A stretch of DNA of 63,139 nucleotides, filler included, from Choristocarpus tenellus KU-1152 (lineage: Eukaryota > Protista > Phaeophyceae): NCBI GenBank assembly GCA_964200185.2. It is 10 parts of 10 records of this genome, joined end to end, with 100 filler letters (N's around TTAATTAATTAA, not from the genome) between each part and the next. Parts side by side here need not be neighbours in the genome. Positions count along the whole stretch, not along the records: positions 48,237 to 52,984 come from CAXNAD020013224.1; positions 53,085 to 57,106 come from CAXNAD020016629.1; positions 57,207 to 63,139 come from CAXNAD020009376.1; 7 more parts are not named here. One strand, given 5' to 3'. A program made the translations under genes and the position numbers. The notes under the pieces are model-generated. The model did no database searches. It had not been told where the DNA came from and was given only the letters and a program-made list of their open reading frames with translations. Position 1 is the first letter of the stretch. The number at the start of each line of letters is the position of its first letter. This document shows positions 50,342 through 63,139 of this stretch, piece by piece.

Positions 50342-50604
50342 GAGTCAAATTATCTTAGAGGATAGAGTCGAGTCCTTTTGGGAGCCACAATCCAGTGTTG
50401 CAATTTTGATGCAATTTTGGCTATCACGTTTGTTAGGGAATGTCAATACCCTTGTTCCGGACACACCTTTTTATAACACACACATTTTACCTACTCCAAA
50501 AGATGCATCTTGGAGTAGGTAAAATGTCATTAAAAACTGGTGGGAAGCCAAGCCCCAAACGGACAAACGAGGAAAAACTTGTACCCTCCGAGGTTCTTTC
50601 ACTC
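50342..50604. mobile_element. Family A MITE
   Basis: GAGTCAAATTATCTTAGAGG ... TTTCACTC; full-length internal homology; TSD not preserved. Confidence 0.87.
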
Positions 50605-52522
50605 TGATGTCTTTAGCCATGTATCGACTCTAAGGACTCAGAATATGTAGGCATGTTGTGCTAGCAGGACCATGCTCACAACTATGGTTCTGCTACTGCT
50701 TCTGCAGTCAAGCCTTTCGCGATGGACAGTACTTGAGTATCGAATATGAATAGGTGAAGGTGTCTGGCAGGGGTGTTGCTGTGGTTCGACTCTCGCTCTT
50801 TTTGAAAGTGAATACATACACAGATTGAAGTATATATTATCCCCGTCTGGAGTCACGGCACCACATCTGTGACACGGTCAGATTGATCTGAAAATGTAAT
50901 ACGTTGGACATGCAGGTACTTTGAATTACTATGCATGATAGGGCATGATGATCTACAATATTGGGTCTGTTCTTTTACTGATACTTCGAATACAGTACAA
51001 AGTAGTGCATGGAAATAATGTCGATGCAATTTCTCAAAACGCTCATAAGTTACTCGAGTAGTTCGGTTAGAGTGGGGCTCCATTTTGGCCCTCCTGAGTG
51101 CTCAAGAGTAGTTCATTTTTCTCAAACCTTCTGCCACGTAACACCTCCATTCACGTGCCTCGAGTGCAGCAACCCCCACTCGAAAAGGCTGTGGCTACAG
51201 GAAAGGAGACGAACGCTTGGCTACATCAGCACGAAAATGCCCTCCACAGTGCCATAGGAGCACACATAGTTCAAGGTAAATACAAGGATCCCGAACGCTC
51301 AACGATATTTTCTGAACAATAGGTAGCTCATTCTAGTAGGAAGGGGGTCAGATCACTACATGATGGGTATGTCGAATGTAGGTATGGAACGGAGTATATC
51401 TACTTGTATTGTATACCTTCAATCCTCCTGCACTTGTAACCGGGAAAGAGATAACAATGTACATGTTTGTTTGTGTGTACGTGTGTGTGTGTGTGGTGTG
51501 TGCGTAGTTAAACAACGACTGACTACACACAGTGGTAGTAGTCCATCCTAATTCCCCCTCACCACAACAACTGCATGTAGTATGTACATCACAAAACGTT
51601 TCAAGAGGTACGGCAAATATAGCAGACGTGAGAGATTGATTCTATCCCGGCAGTAGTCGCAAGAGATTGGCTGGCGAGCACAGAAGTAGTTGTAGGAGTA
51701 GTTATCGTATCGAGGTTTTCAAGCAGAGGGATTTTCCTTGCAGACAGGCCGGTGACTAGCATACAATATAAATTTTGATGCTTTCTGCGGACTTGAAAAT
51801 CGGCAGTCGGCGGGGCGATATGACGTTGTACATTGACCACCGAACAGCACAAGCAATTTCACACATGCCCTCAGCAGGTATTTTCTTAGTAGCACCGTAC
51901 CTCCTACTACTGATATACCGTGAACCTATTTTATGCACTGGCTCGTATCGTACCAAGGAGAATGAAGTGATCAAACTGCAAAGACTATCCCAGCATTGGA
52001 TATTTGGTTGGGGGGGGAAATGCCAACTGCTTACGTTACTTTTTCAGGGTAATTCCTAACCTACACTGCCACTAAACCACAAGACCTCTGCATCTATTTG
52101 TAGGATCAATAATGGTAGTATTACTGCTGCTACGGTGTGACACATGCTCTTAGCAGCACTTGTCGGAATGAAGCAGGGTAGTAGTACGGGAATACAAATA
52201 ATAAACAAGAAATGCGTATGTACGGAACATTTAAAGACTGGGCCCAGAGTGAAGGATGCACGCCTTTCAAGAGCATGTATGTATACTGCTCATAAGAAAG
52301 CAATAGATCTCTTCCTTGCTTAAAATGTCTATCTTCTCTCGAGGTGGACTTCTCGACTGATCCACCTCGGTGTACACAAAGTGGTTGAAGGGTTGATAGA
52401 ATGATAGGAAATGCGCCAACTTCATTTCTCGGCACAGTAGTAGTGGCAGATGGTGGGAGACTACTCGCACACTTCACACATCACAAACAACTCACGAGGC
52501 CGTCTGTCACTCTGGTTGATAT

Positions 52523-52781
52523 GAGCCAAAGTATCTTAGAGGATAGGCCCGCGTCCTTTTGGGGGGCAAAATCCAATGTTGCCATTTTGATATAATTTGG
52601 GCTATCGTGTTTGTTAGGAAGTGTCAATATCCTTGTTCCAGGCATACCTTGTCATTACATACACATTTTACCTACTCCAAAATATTTTGAACTAGGAAAA
52701 TATCATAAAAAACGTCCAAGGGAAGCCAAGACCCAAATGAACAAACAGGGCAAAACTCGTACTCTCTAAGAAACTTTCACT
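52523..52781. mobile_element. Family A MITE, near-TSD ATAT/ATAC
   Basis: GAGCCAAAGTATCTTAGAGG ... CTCTAAGAAACTTTCACT. Confidence 0.87.
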
Positions 52782-54683
52782 ATACATTGATCACATGCTT
52801 GGTACAAACACTGGAAAAATAAAGCAGGAGGAGCCATCCCAAGAAAACCTTATACTCCGGAGTATAATACATGGAGGGGCTAGGGGATAATTTACGAACA
52901 GCAACATTTCCACAATCGAGTTGGCTGTATACATCACCTCGAGCCAATCGAACGCCTTGCAATATCCCCCATCCCTTCAACCTCNNNNNNNNNNNNNNNN
53001 NNNNNNNNNNNNNNNNNNNNNNNNNNNNTTAATTAATTAANNNNNNNNNNNNNNNNNNNNNNNNNNNNNNNNNNNNNNNNNNNNGCACTTTTCCTGGTTT
53101 TGGTCCAAACGGACACTCTGGTGTAGACATCCCCCCCCCCCCCCAGATACTTTGGGTGTGTGCAACTTGACGTCACAGAGGTTTAAATTGGATATCAGAA
53201 AACATTGGAGTGATTGATAGTTGTGATTGGGCGGCAAGGAGGATACTACTACATTTAATCACAAAATACTTCTCTACAGTAGAGGCACAAATAACTTACA
53301 ATGGTACAAAGTGCAAAACCCTCCAAGGTCATTATGAGAACAATAGTTTTTTGTTATCTTTCGTGCCGATTTACGAAAAATCAAAACACATGACACGAGA
53401 TACCATTCAGAATGCGAATTTGTGAGTAGGTGTAACAATGTGGGGAGTAATACAATTTTTCTACTTACTCTTAAAAAATATCAATTTAGAGCTGTGACGC
53501 TTCAAAAAAATCTCACAAGCACGATTTCAGAAAGATTTTGGTAGCCAAATGTGGTGTGCTGCACTCACTATTAAAAAGTCAAACTAATGTACCAAGGGAT
53601 GAAGTTGCATTAATGGCATAGGCGCCAACACTTTGCAGCAAGTCATGTTTGCCTACGAGATCATATCAACTGCTGTAAATGGAAGGTCTCTCTGTTTTGA
53701 CACGTACTAGGGTTGTGCTTGACCGATTACTGGCATTGACATGTCCATGTCCAACAGGGCCTACCCTTCACAAGGAGCCTGATAGTCACCATGCCCCCCA
53801 CTTTGACTCATCCTATGGAGGATATCATTGTACTGAAAGTACACGCCATCACTATTAATCACAATGGTGTTGAAGTATAGTGAGCAAACACTCCATTGGT
53901 CAAGACTTACGAGTAGGGGTGTCCTTGTATCTCATTTGTCAAAAAAGGAAGCTGTTCCCTGCATCGGATTTTGCAGGACCAACCTCCTTCAGCACCAGCC
54001 TTTCTTTCATGGAAACCAGGTTTCGACAATTCAATTTAATGCGGCAAGTAGTATAGATTCTATACCTGTACTGTTCACATTACACATCATCATCAAAATG
54101 CTGTCTCTGAGGGAGGAGACAGAGTGACCTAGTGACTAGAGGGTTGGAACCAAAAGCCCGAGAAGCAAGGCCAGAATGTTAGACAGAGCAACTTGATGTT
54201 AATTGTACAGTTATGTAGTCGCTCCAGCCACGGGTTGGGATATTCCCCAGGCTAATGTAGAGATAATAACGAATAAATAAAAAATGACTAACAAATACAC
54301 CTGTCTGTGCTGTTCTAACCAAAAAGCAGCTGAGAAAAAGAAAGGGAGAGAGACTCGATATAGATTTTTGGGGGTAATAATTCGCGTGGCTTACCGCCTT
54401 GCTCATCCTCTGCCCTTTAATAAGGCTGTCACACAACACACAACACAAGCACGCCACATCAGTAAAAAGAGTAAAAAACAACCAGTGAACCAAACAAGTC
54501 AAACCGATCCATGAGCAATAGGGACAGACACTGTTGATCTCATCATTTGCAAAATCGGTTCTATTCCTGTTCTTTTTTTGTTTCTTCCTCCCAATCACAA
54601 CGGCTCAATGACAACAAACAACAGTTACAACAAACACTTCAATAAAATTCGAACATCTCCTCTTGCATCATCAAATTGTTTGT

Positions 54684-54875
54684 GGCTCAAAGTATCTTGG
54701 GGGGGGGGAGGGGGTGGGTGGCGGCTGTCCATTTGAGACCCATATTTCCATATCGCGATTTTTGGGTGATTTGGTAGTATGTGTTATATGGGTAATATAA
54801 GGTCACTTCTCCTGGTCTGTGTCTGAATGGACACCCTGGTGTAGACCCCCCCCCTCCCCCCAGATACTTCGAGCC
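54684..54875. mobile_element. Complete poly-G MITE (family B); half copies at contig edges 12721, 17446, 24802, 30384, 30547, 33706, 33846, 53085
   Basis: GGCTCAAAGTATCTT(G)n..GTCCATTTG ... (C)nAGATACTTCGAGCC. Confidence 0.85.
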
Positions 54876-55269
54876 CGTGTCAACACCAGAACTTTTTCCC
54901 ATCTCACAATCTTAAACAAATCCACCCTCCTTCCCTGACAGAATCGCACTTGTCCTCAAGTCAAGCCTACGGCATACAGCCAAGAAATCAGGCAAGTATA
55001 TAGAGCCAAAAAACCAGCAGTGTGTTGATTTTGAGGACAGAATAGGACGTTCCCGCCACACAGATAGAGGGGGGACAGGGGGATCAGTACGACATTACAA
55101 AGTATACCCCACTATTATATGTAGCTAACGGCATACTTCAATATTTCGTACCCTTGTACCATTCTACAGACTCCATCAATACAATACCAGCTTCTTCCCT
55201 GCACAAAAAACAAAGATTCTTCAAGCCGTCCTCAGCTACAATGTATTCACTCATACCAAAGACACGGAA

Positions 55270-55351
55270 GACCCAAAGCATCCGAGAGGGTACGAGTTTA
55301 GCCCTCTTTTTTCCGTTCAAGCCTTGGCTTCCCACAAAGTTTCTGATGCCC

Positions 55352-55417
<66 letters not shown>

Positions 55418-55598
55418 CGGTTTTTCTGTGTGTTAACACAGTTACCTAAAACATGTATGCGATATGAAAAGGCGTGTCCGGAGCGAGGATGTCGACGCTT
55501 GCTAACAAACACGACAGCCAAAATTACATCAAAATCGCAACATTGGATTTATGACCCCGAACGGACACAGTCCTACCCTCTTAAAAATGCTTTGACTC
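55270..55598. mobile_element. Family A MITE with expanded poly-C/poly-T tract
   Basis: GACCCAAAGCATCCGAGAGGGTACGAG ... TACCCTCTTAAAAATGCTTTGACTC; ~59-nt T run inside. Confidence 0.85.
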
Positions 55599-55678
55599 AC
55601 GAAAACAACCTGGCACTAAAAGAAAGAAAGAAAGAAACAAACAACAGGGTCCCCGACAAATTCACTAAAGCCACTACA

Positions 55679-55829
55679 CTAAGGGCGTCCGGTCAATTTT
55701 TCAACTGCCGCCACTAACCCTCCTGCATACAACGAGGTGTACAGAATAGAACACCTCCCTGCCATCATAACAGCCAACGCAAACCCCCCTGATGCCCCCC
55801 CGACAAAATAGTTGAACCAATCCCTCTGC
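55679..55829 (-). CDS. Terminal exon of a Tim17/Tim22/Tim23-family membrane protein
   Basis: After ...CCCCAG: (R)QRDWFNYFVGGASGGFALAVMMAGRCSILYTSLYAGGLVAAVE..*; R..D..N...GG..G motif followed by two hydrophobic helices. Confidence 0.6.
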
Positions 55830-58800
55830 CTGGGGTGGAGTTTTCGATCGGGTACGGCAGAGCACAAGGGGGAACGAAAAAAAAAAAATGGCACATGAGA
55901 AAAAACCCCCGTTTCACATTAACTTAAGAACGAACAAGGTAACATTAACATTTAATCGAGGGAAATAGGTTGGAGGTGAAATATAGTCTCAACATCAATA
56001 AACGAAAGTGGGTCAATGAATAAAAAAACGTGAAAAATGAAGTATACGTATGTTAAAAAGTTGACATTTGCTCCAGTCAGGGCATGGTCTTAACTAATAT
56101 TTTTACTATTGGCAAAAATAATGTTGCAGCTTTCACTTCTTATTCCGAGCACATAAACTTCACAAGGTACACACACACACACATATATATATATATACGT
56201 AACGTTTTTCATGTTCTCCTGCTGTTGGTGAAAATAAAGTCACAATTTTCTTGCCAATAAAAAAAAAGTGGCTCTGAGAGAATGATATTGCACATCTCAC
56301 TGGTTCCTCTTCTCAAAGAAAGCAAAAGAGGAGAACGGTTTTTCAATAGCAGCGAAGACATATATGAGTAGTTAAAAAAATTACAAATAGTGTACGCTAC
56401 TGCATTAATGAGAAACCATCACACAAGTCACCAATCACTAGTCTCAAAACTACATTCTCACAAACCACTATGTACTCTAGACCCCTCCACAATACTAGAA
56501 ACTAAATCAATTGCACTCTTTTGCTCAAAAAAAAAGAAGCTATGCCGTCTGAAACACTAGAAACTATTTTTCAAGAATCATGAACACACACGGCCATCGA
56601 CAAGATGTGACGTTCCATCCTAGTTGCATCAATCACCTCGGAAAAAGAAATGCAAGCAATAGCAACACGGCTGTACATTACCCAAGTAAAAAAAAAGAAA
56701 AAAAGAAAAGAGTACAAAAAAATAGACACAAAAAGGTTTTCAAATCAAGTCAATCGAAACACAAAGAAAAAACAATAATAAACAAATCTACTACATCCCA
56801 AACCCAACAATAAAACAAATATCTATTTTTTTTAGAGCAAATACCGAGATCAAAGGGAACAAAAAACAACACAAAACTCCCTCGTCTTTTCTTTTTTTCT
56901 TTTCCTAAAAAGTTCAAGCAATACACACAAAAGTACACCACCAGTGGAACTCTTCTCACCCTCGAGCAGCCTCGCATGCACAGGTTCCCCCAAAACATGC
57001 AGACACGAACACCCCTGTGTATAACGCATTTGACCCACAAAACTTGGTCATTCCCCATGCTGATGTCTCAAGGGAGCGAATTGCAGCCAACATCCCCCTT
57101 CCCCCCNNNNNNNNNNNNNNNNNNNNNNNNNNNNNNNNNNNNNNNNNNNNTTAATTAATTAANNNNNNNNNNNNNNNNNNNNNNNNNNNNNNNNNNNNNN
57201 NNNNNNTAACAATTCCCAAGTAACCCCTGCCCCCACCTCATCATGTATGTTGCCCCCCTCTTTTGTGTGTGTGTCAAGGAGCTAACGTACGACTATGGTT
57301 ATGTCCCTGGTAGTGTTCAAGGAAAACATCTGGCATGTCAGTGTGGAAAGCCGAACTGCAGTGGAGTTATGTACTGAGGATGCATTTTAATTGCCTAAAT
57401 GATAGCCACTTGAAAGGGTTTACATGAAATGCCCTGATCACAGATATGTAGAATTAGATGCTGTACACATATGTACCAATGTCTAAATGCCCAGCTTCCT
57501 TGTAATATGCCGAACTGCTGGATGAAGCCTGGAAGCAGGAGCTATGGATTTTCGTTGTCTGATGAAGGAAATTAAATGAGAGTTTCATATACTTTTGTCC
57601 CTCAACTGTGAGCCCTTGTTTGGTCACCATATACTGTAGTTGCTTCTTATGTCCAATGTAGTCGTTCAGCCATGCATTCAATTGCTAAACACAACTTGAG
57701 TAACAGGTTCCCACCTGAACCTAATGAGCAAGCGATTTTATCCAAGAATGCTGAAATTCTGTTTTGCTTGGTGTGGTGAGGCTTACTGACTGTCCTTGAG
57801 TAGTACAATTTAGTCAAGACTTTCACTCTCTCTGCGTGATTACAAATACTGCTGTTTCAGATCGTGGATGAAAACATCTACCATCTATCACAACCCATGT
57901 ACTCCTAACTTTTACAACACTGTTTCCAGTCAAAGTTGAGTTGCCAAGAAACTGGATCAATACTGTTTCGAGTGCACAGATTTATGCAATATATACAGAG
58001 TTTTCTTTTCTTTTCAATGGGCACAGGGATAAGACATTACCATCAACTATGGGAGGAGAATGACTAACTCTAATCTAGGACAAAAGAGGCAATACGGTAT
58101 TTGGGAAGGGATTGGGTAGAGTGAACAATGGCTGCAAACATGCAGGAATGTTACGAACTATTCAGGTTCCCTTGAAGTATTGTGGGAATGCAAGAAGCAC
58201 TTGTAAACGAAGATCTGTCTGTTGTGTGTAACTAGTGGCAGCATGCAATAAACTGGATTCCGTTGTGAGTATCTGTCAGTGTTGGCAACTTTTAGTGGTT
58301 AGGGGTAAGTATTTTTTTTACTGAGTGGGTAGTAGACTCCGGCAACAGGTGTGGTGGGCAATATTGCAAGGGAAGGGGGTCCACGAGCAAACCAATCCAA
58401 GGAGATGCTGTTCATATTGAGAGGTCATCTACGCCCTAATTTGGGGATCTATAGTATATATATAAAATATCACAGAGTTTACCGTGTGTCATATGGATAT
58501 GGCTATGTCAAGAATAAATTAATGAACTTTCTAACACTGGCTTTGGTCTACATTTGCCACAACAATACACTCAAAAAACCCTTCAAAGTTCCAATCAATT
58601 GATTGATTATTCAGCAGGAAAACTGCACACCATGGACAAGTTACTCACTACACTATTACTACGTAGTACTGATACACTTCGGAGCAATAAAGAAGGGAAC
58701 AATTCTACAAATGGGCACCACTATTGAGCTAGAGCACAAAAAATACACTTAGACATAACCTGATCCTGAAAGCTCCAACAGTTTTCTTCATATAGGGGTT

Positions 58801-59827
58801 CTTGATAGAGCAGTACCACAAGGCTAGTGCCTTTACCAGTGTTTTCAACTTCTTGGTAACATAAAGGTTGTGCTGTCTTTCCTGAGATGATACGCATTAC
58901 GTGAATTGTAACACACGGTGATGCTGACCATCTCCTTGTACATACGACATTATGCAGGTAACACAAAAATAGCTGACACTTCCGACCATAATAAGATTAT
59001 CATACAGCCTTTGAATGCCCATTATACATGACTCTCTACAAACTTCCTAATGTTGTTAACCCCGTTGTGGTTCAACTCACCTCCAAGGCAGGGATATCAT
59101 CCAAAGCAAAGACTGTCATTCTAGCCATTCCCGAGTCATGGGTCTGCCATCAATATAAGGAAACCCAATGCTAACATTATCACTAAACCCAAACAAAAAA
59201 AGATAAAGTATGGAGTGTCACTCGTAAAGTGTCACCAGTAGCCTATCCATCTGGAGCAATCTTGCCTTTTTTCACTGTATTGCCACTAGAACTATACAAC
59301 AATGTATATATGAAGTGAAAGTTTGTATCCACGAATGCACAAACGTCAATAAACGGGAGCTATGCCCCGATCAAATAATGGCAAAAACGCGGAGGAACAT
59401 CTGTGGCGCAATTTCGATGGTCCCAACCTCAAAAGGTAAAAGGAATGAAGTGGTTGGCTAAAATCCCCGCAAAACATTGATGCGGGTTAGGCACCTACCC
59501 AAGTGTGATGTGTGTGGCAAAACCGAAAAAAAAAACATTTGCGGACATCTTCTTAGCACCATTTGCAGACAGGCTGTGAGCACACACACGGGTGACCCAC
59601 ATAGTAACATGGACCACGACGGTGAGACTAGGAGAGCGCCGAGGCCACTCTGCCACCTCGATCTACCCTCAGCACCTTATCTATCAAGGAGCGACAGAAA
59701 AACAAGCACCGTGCGACACTCAGTGTGATGTTAGGTGACGAGAAAGTGCGAGTAGTGTGGTGCAGCAGCATGATCAAATCGCATATTGGACCGCGTAGCC
59801 GTGACATTGACACTGAGAGAAGATGCA

Positions 59828-60097
59828 GAGTGAAAGTATCTTAGAGGGTACGAGTTTTGTTCTTTTTGTCCGTTTGGGGCTTGACTTCCCACAGGGTTTT
59901 TATGACGTTTTCCTATTCCAGAATGTTTCGGAGTAGGTAAAATATTTACGTTTTGGAGTCGTAGGTATCATGTGTATGTTTAGAACAAGGATGTTAACAC
60001 TTACCAACAAACACGATAGCGAAATTACATCAAAATCGCAACATTGCATTTTGGCCCCCAAATGGACGCAATGTTACCCTCTAAGATACTTTGACTC
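59828..60097. mobile_element. Family A MITE, TSD TGCA
   Basis: TGCA|GAGTGAAAGTATCTTAGAGGGTA ... TACCCTCTAAGATACTTTGACTC|TGCA. Confidence 0.93.
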
Positions 60098-60099
60098 TG

Positions 60100-61090
60100 C
60101 ATGGAAAGCATTAACACACAAACGTGGTTGGATCTTCACACCAGTGTGGAGCACAGCTCCGCAGTCTCTGCCGCCTCGGGAAAGCAGGAAGAGACCGGCA
60201 AGCCCATCACCAGGTGGTACAGGGACGAAGTCTGTGGGGAAGCCTGGTCACGGCGGGCGAAGGGAGAACCAGGGTGGCCGGTCGAAGGGAAGGCTGGGGA
60301 GGAGAGCAGTGCGACTGCATGCTATTGCGCTCAGGAAACGCCTAAACGAAAACCCGAATGTAGAATATCTTAGTAGTCGACAGTTGCAGCAGGCCCTGGC
60401 TGTCTGGAAGCTATGCGAGCTGGAGTGGCATAAGGAAAAGAGAAAGAAGGTGTTAGGGATGGGGTATAAGGGCTCTGAAACCTGAAAGAAGGTCGAAAGG
60501 GCTCGCAAGGCGGAGGAGAAAGCGATCATAACAAAGGCAGCTGCGGAACATTTTCGATACCACCAAATAAATCCATTACTTCGAAGAAGGTCGCCAAGCA
60601 GGTGGAGGTAGCCATTGATGAGGACACCAGGGAAGAAGAGGAAGTGAGATTGAGACTATTTGCACACTGGTGGTTTGGTGTCTCCCACTCATCCGAGATG
60701 CCGTACATTCACTTTTGTTCCTGGACTTGGGGTTGGATGTATAAACTTCATTAACACTTTCTTCCCGCCTGCATTCATTCGAGAATTTTTTGGGGAAAGG
60801 GAGCTGTTGGAACCCGGAATGACAAAGGATAGGGGAAAGGGAGAGAAGCATAACCCAAGCAAGCAAGAGCATGTCGTATGTGTTTGGAGAGCAGAGGGAC
60901 TTCAACGAGGTAGTTCCTAGTCTTCAGCTTCTTGGCAACTGTGATATGTAGGGGTATGCCTAATGCTCCCAAAGTATCACTGTGAGCTCAAACCATTGAG
61001 CTCGTGTGGGGTCGAGCAAAGCACTGGCTACAACAGCATTGTACTTATTCTTTGGAAGGAATCAAAAAAGCTATCCCGGTGGAGACAAGA
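60100..61090 (+). mobile_element. IS630/Tc1-superfamily transposase relic of the PK(F/Y)HCELNPIE type
   Basis: VFGEQRDFNEVVPSLQ ... MLPKYHCELK(fs)IELVWGRAKHWLQQHCTYSLEGIKKAIP at ~60880-61080. Confidence 0.72.
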
Positions 61091-61423
61091 GTTACGTATA
61101 CCTTTAAAACTCATTCCCTAACCCTAACCCGAAGTCGTTCGTTTGGTGGCGTTTAGGGTTAAGGCTAACCACGCAGATTTTAATCAAGTAATAGTACATC
61201 TGTTCCTACTCTTGGTGACCTGCATCCTGGGTTCGAACCCCAACATGAGCGCTCTTTCTTAAATATAAAAGAGAAAAAATCGGAAAAAAAATACGAAGCC
61301 TCTACTCTGGAGGACCTTGTGACAGGCATCACCAATATGCATTTGTTTTTATAATAATATCTACATCTAAGTTTATGACTGGAAAACCCCAGAGGCATAA
61401 GATATTGGCACCACTATACAGAA

Positions 61424-61622
61424 GAGTGAAAGTATCTTAGAGGGTTCGAGTTTGGCCCTGTTTGTCCATTTTGGGGCTTGGCTTCTGTTGGAATTTTTAT
61501 GGCATTTTCCTACCCCAAAATCTGGAGTAGGTAAATGTGTACGTTATGAAAAGATGAGTCCAGAACAAGGACATTGACATTCCTAGCAATCACGATAGCC
61601 GACATGACATCAAAATCGCAAT
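61424..61622. mobile_element. Family A MITE, right end truncated
   Basis: GAGTGAAAGTATCTTAGAGGGT...; homology stops at CAAAATCGCA. Confidence 0.85.
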
Positions 61623-61624
61623 TG

Positions 61625-63139
61625 GGGGAAAGTGCCGCCCAGTCGCCTGTGGCCCATTCTGTCGGAGTTCTTGAGCTTCAACCTTCTGAGCAGACTGGTA
61701 TCATAGTGCAAGGGTTATGATGTTCTTTTCTCCCTCGATGAGGGAGGGACAAAGATATTGACATAAAGGTCAGGGGCAAAACAAAGGGACCCCGTTTGTC
61801 CCCTCCTATACTGCATGGCAACAACAAAAGCTTTACAGCAGTTAGAGCCGACCTTCGGAGCCCGGAGGTTTCCTCCCGAAGTTTCCTGAACAAGACATCC
61901 ATTTCCACAAGGGAGACGAACTCCACTGCTATAGCTGCATTGGAGCAACTAAATACGGGTCTACATAAGGTAGGCATAGTCCTAAACATGGATTAGACCT
62001 TTGCTTCACCACCCTAGGGCCACCTGCCCATGCCCTTGGAACTGGAACTCCTTGCGAGAGCGAGAATCAACCTGACCCCAGATGGGTTTTGTTTTGTTTT
62101 GTTACAGTAGGAGGTCCAGTGAGTGCAAATGAATTCATAATATTCCTGGCATGATTGAGAGTTCAGGTTCACGAATGCTACACCTGAGTGAGATTAAGGA
62201 TAAATATTTTGCTCGGTTCCTCAACTCCCGGTCTCTCTCTCTCTCTTACTGATTGGGTTATTTGGTAGGGTTCACTCCCCCCCACCTGGGACGCTCGGAC
62301 CCTAGAGAATATAATAGAGGTAACACGCTCAGCTGGAGCCACTGATTTCTTGGATGGAGTTTGTAATAGTGGTTCTGTTGCCTGGAACCACACCAACAAG
62401 TACAGGCACAGATACCCACAAGTTCGTGAAATTTAGTCCTATCCTCTGTGAAACATTACCAGCATGCAGATTTTGTAGGATCACTAGTGGCCACCTAGCA
62501 AGGCAATAAGGGCCCCATGGAGAACTATTCCCAGACGCCATCTGTACGAACCCTACAGCTCAGCCCCTGGGATCATCTATCCATACCCTCCTCCCAGCGG
62601 GAGTCCCTTCAGAAGACTTGGTGGGAATTATTGGCCAAGGCTGGGTAACCCGAGGAGGAATAACGCTCCCTACCCCTGTCTCAGAGGTTCACACTCTAGC
62701 AGTCCAAAATGCCAGGATCACAAGGAGACTACAATATGAGATCACCCGCCTCCTGAACATCACCCGGTTCGACTCTTTCTGGATACAACAGGTCAATCTC
62801 CCACAAGAGGCAGAACAAGATAGGGAAAGTTCTTCCCTAGCCCTGATCAGCCACCAAAGTCAGTGTGGTTAAGTGCAAATGCATGGGGCTCCACAAAGCC
62901 TCTGGAACCAGCTTGTCAGATCCCTCCAGTAGAGTTTTAGACATAAGGACAGCAGATCCCTAGAGAGGGAGGAGACCCTATCCAACATGTGCCCAGTGGA
63001 TGGGTGCAGGAGGCATAATTCGACAACTGACATGCTTGTACCTGCCCTAGGGTGGGGAGATAGGTACGCCAGCACACGCCTATGGTTGAGCATCTAGTTC
63101 AACTCTGCAAGGGAATGGACACCCCTTGTACTATGGAGG
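61625..63139 (-). mobile_element. Possible LINE ORF2 3' relic
   Basis: Weak GVPIS..KHV (thumb-like), GG*SGLG and RWRLG fragments in the expected order; many stops. Confidence 0.25.

Noticed and set aside
55138-55717. Poly-Lys / poly-Phe ORFs
   Set aside because: Translations of a poly-T tract inside a MITE.
62690-62730. CDPG as a Fanzor/TnpB RuvC-I motif
   Set aside because: No downstream E, zinc-finger or RD.NAA motifs found; context looks LINE-like.

Overview
Eukaryotic nuclear DNA, probably a stramenopile such as a brown alga (inferred from spliceosomal introns, TTAGGG-type repeats, an Ngaro-like element and a BTB-TLDc gene). The window is not contiguous: it is 10 short contigs joined by artificial 100-nt N-TTAATTAATTAA-N spacers, so adjacency across spacers means nothing. 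Host genes: a 4-exon R1R2R3-MYB (minus), a 6-exon p31comet/MAD2L1BP with a GC-AG intron (plus), last exons of a HECT E3 ligase and a Tim17/22-family protein, an intronless BTB-TLDc-BTB pseudogene and a tRNA-Lys(UUU) pseudogene. Most of the rest is mobile DNA: a DIRS/Ngaro tyrosine-recombinase retrotransposon, three Tc1/mariner-superfamily transposase relics, copia and LINE fragments, and about 20 full or partial copies of a MITE lineage (10 of a ~260-bp form with GAG...CTC ends and 4-bp TSDs, Sola2-like, plus a poly-G sister form). The most notable candidates are a decayed Polinton/Maverick-like capsid plus packaging-ATPase block (with a second deleted copy), an intron-free, possibly giant-virus-derived contig with a Vps62-like gene, and TTAGGG tracts at element breakpoints. 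I did not find an intact new system. All homology calls are by-eye motif recognition; no searches were run.
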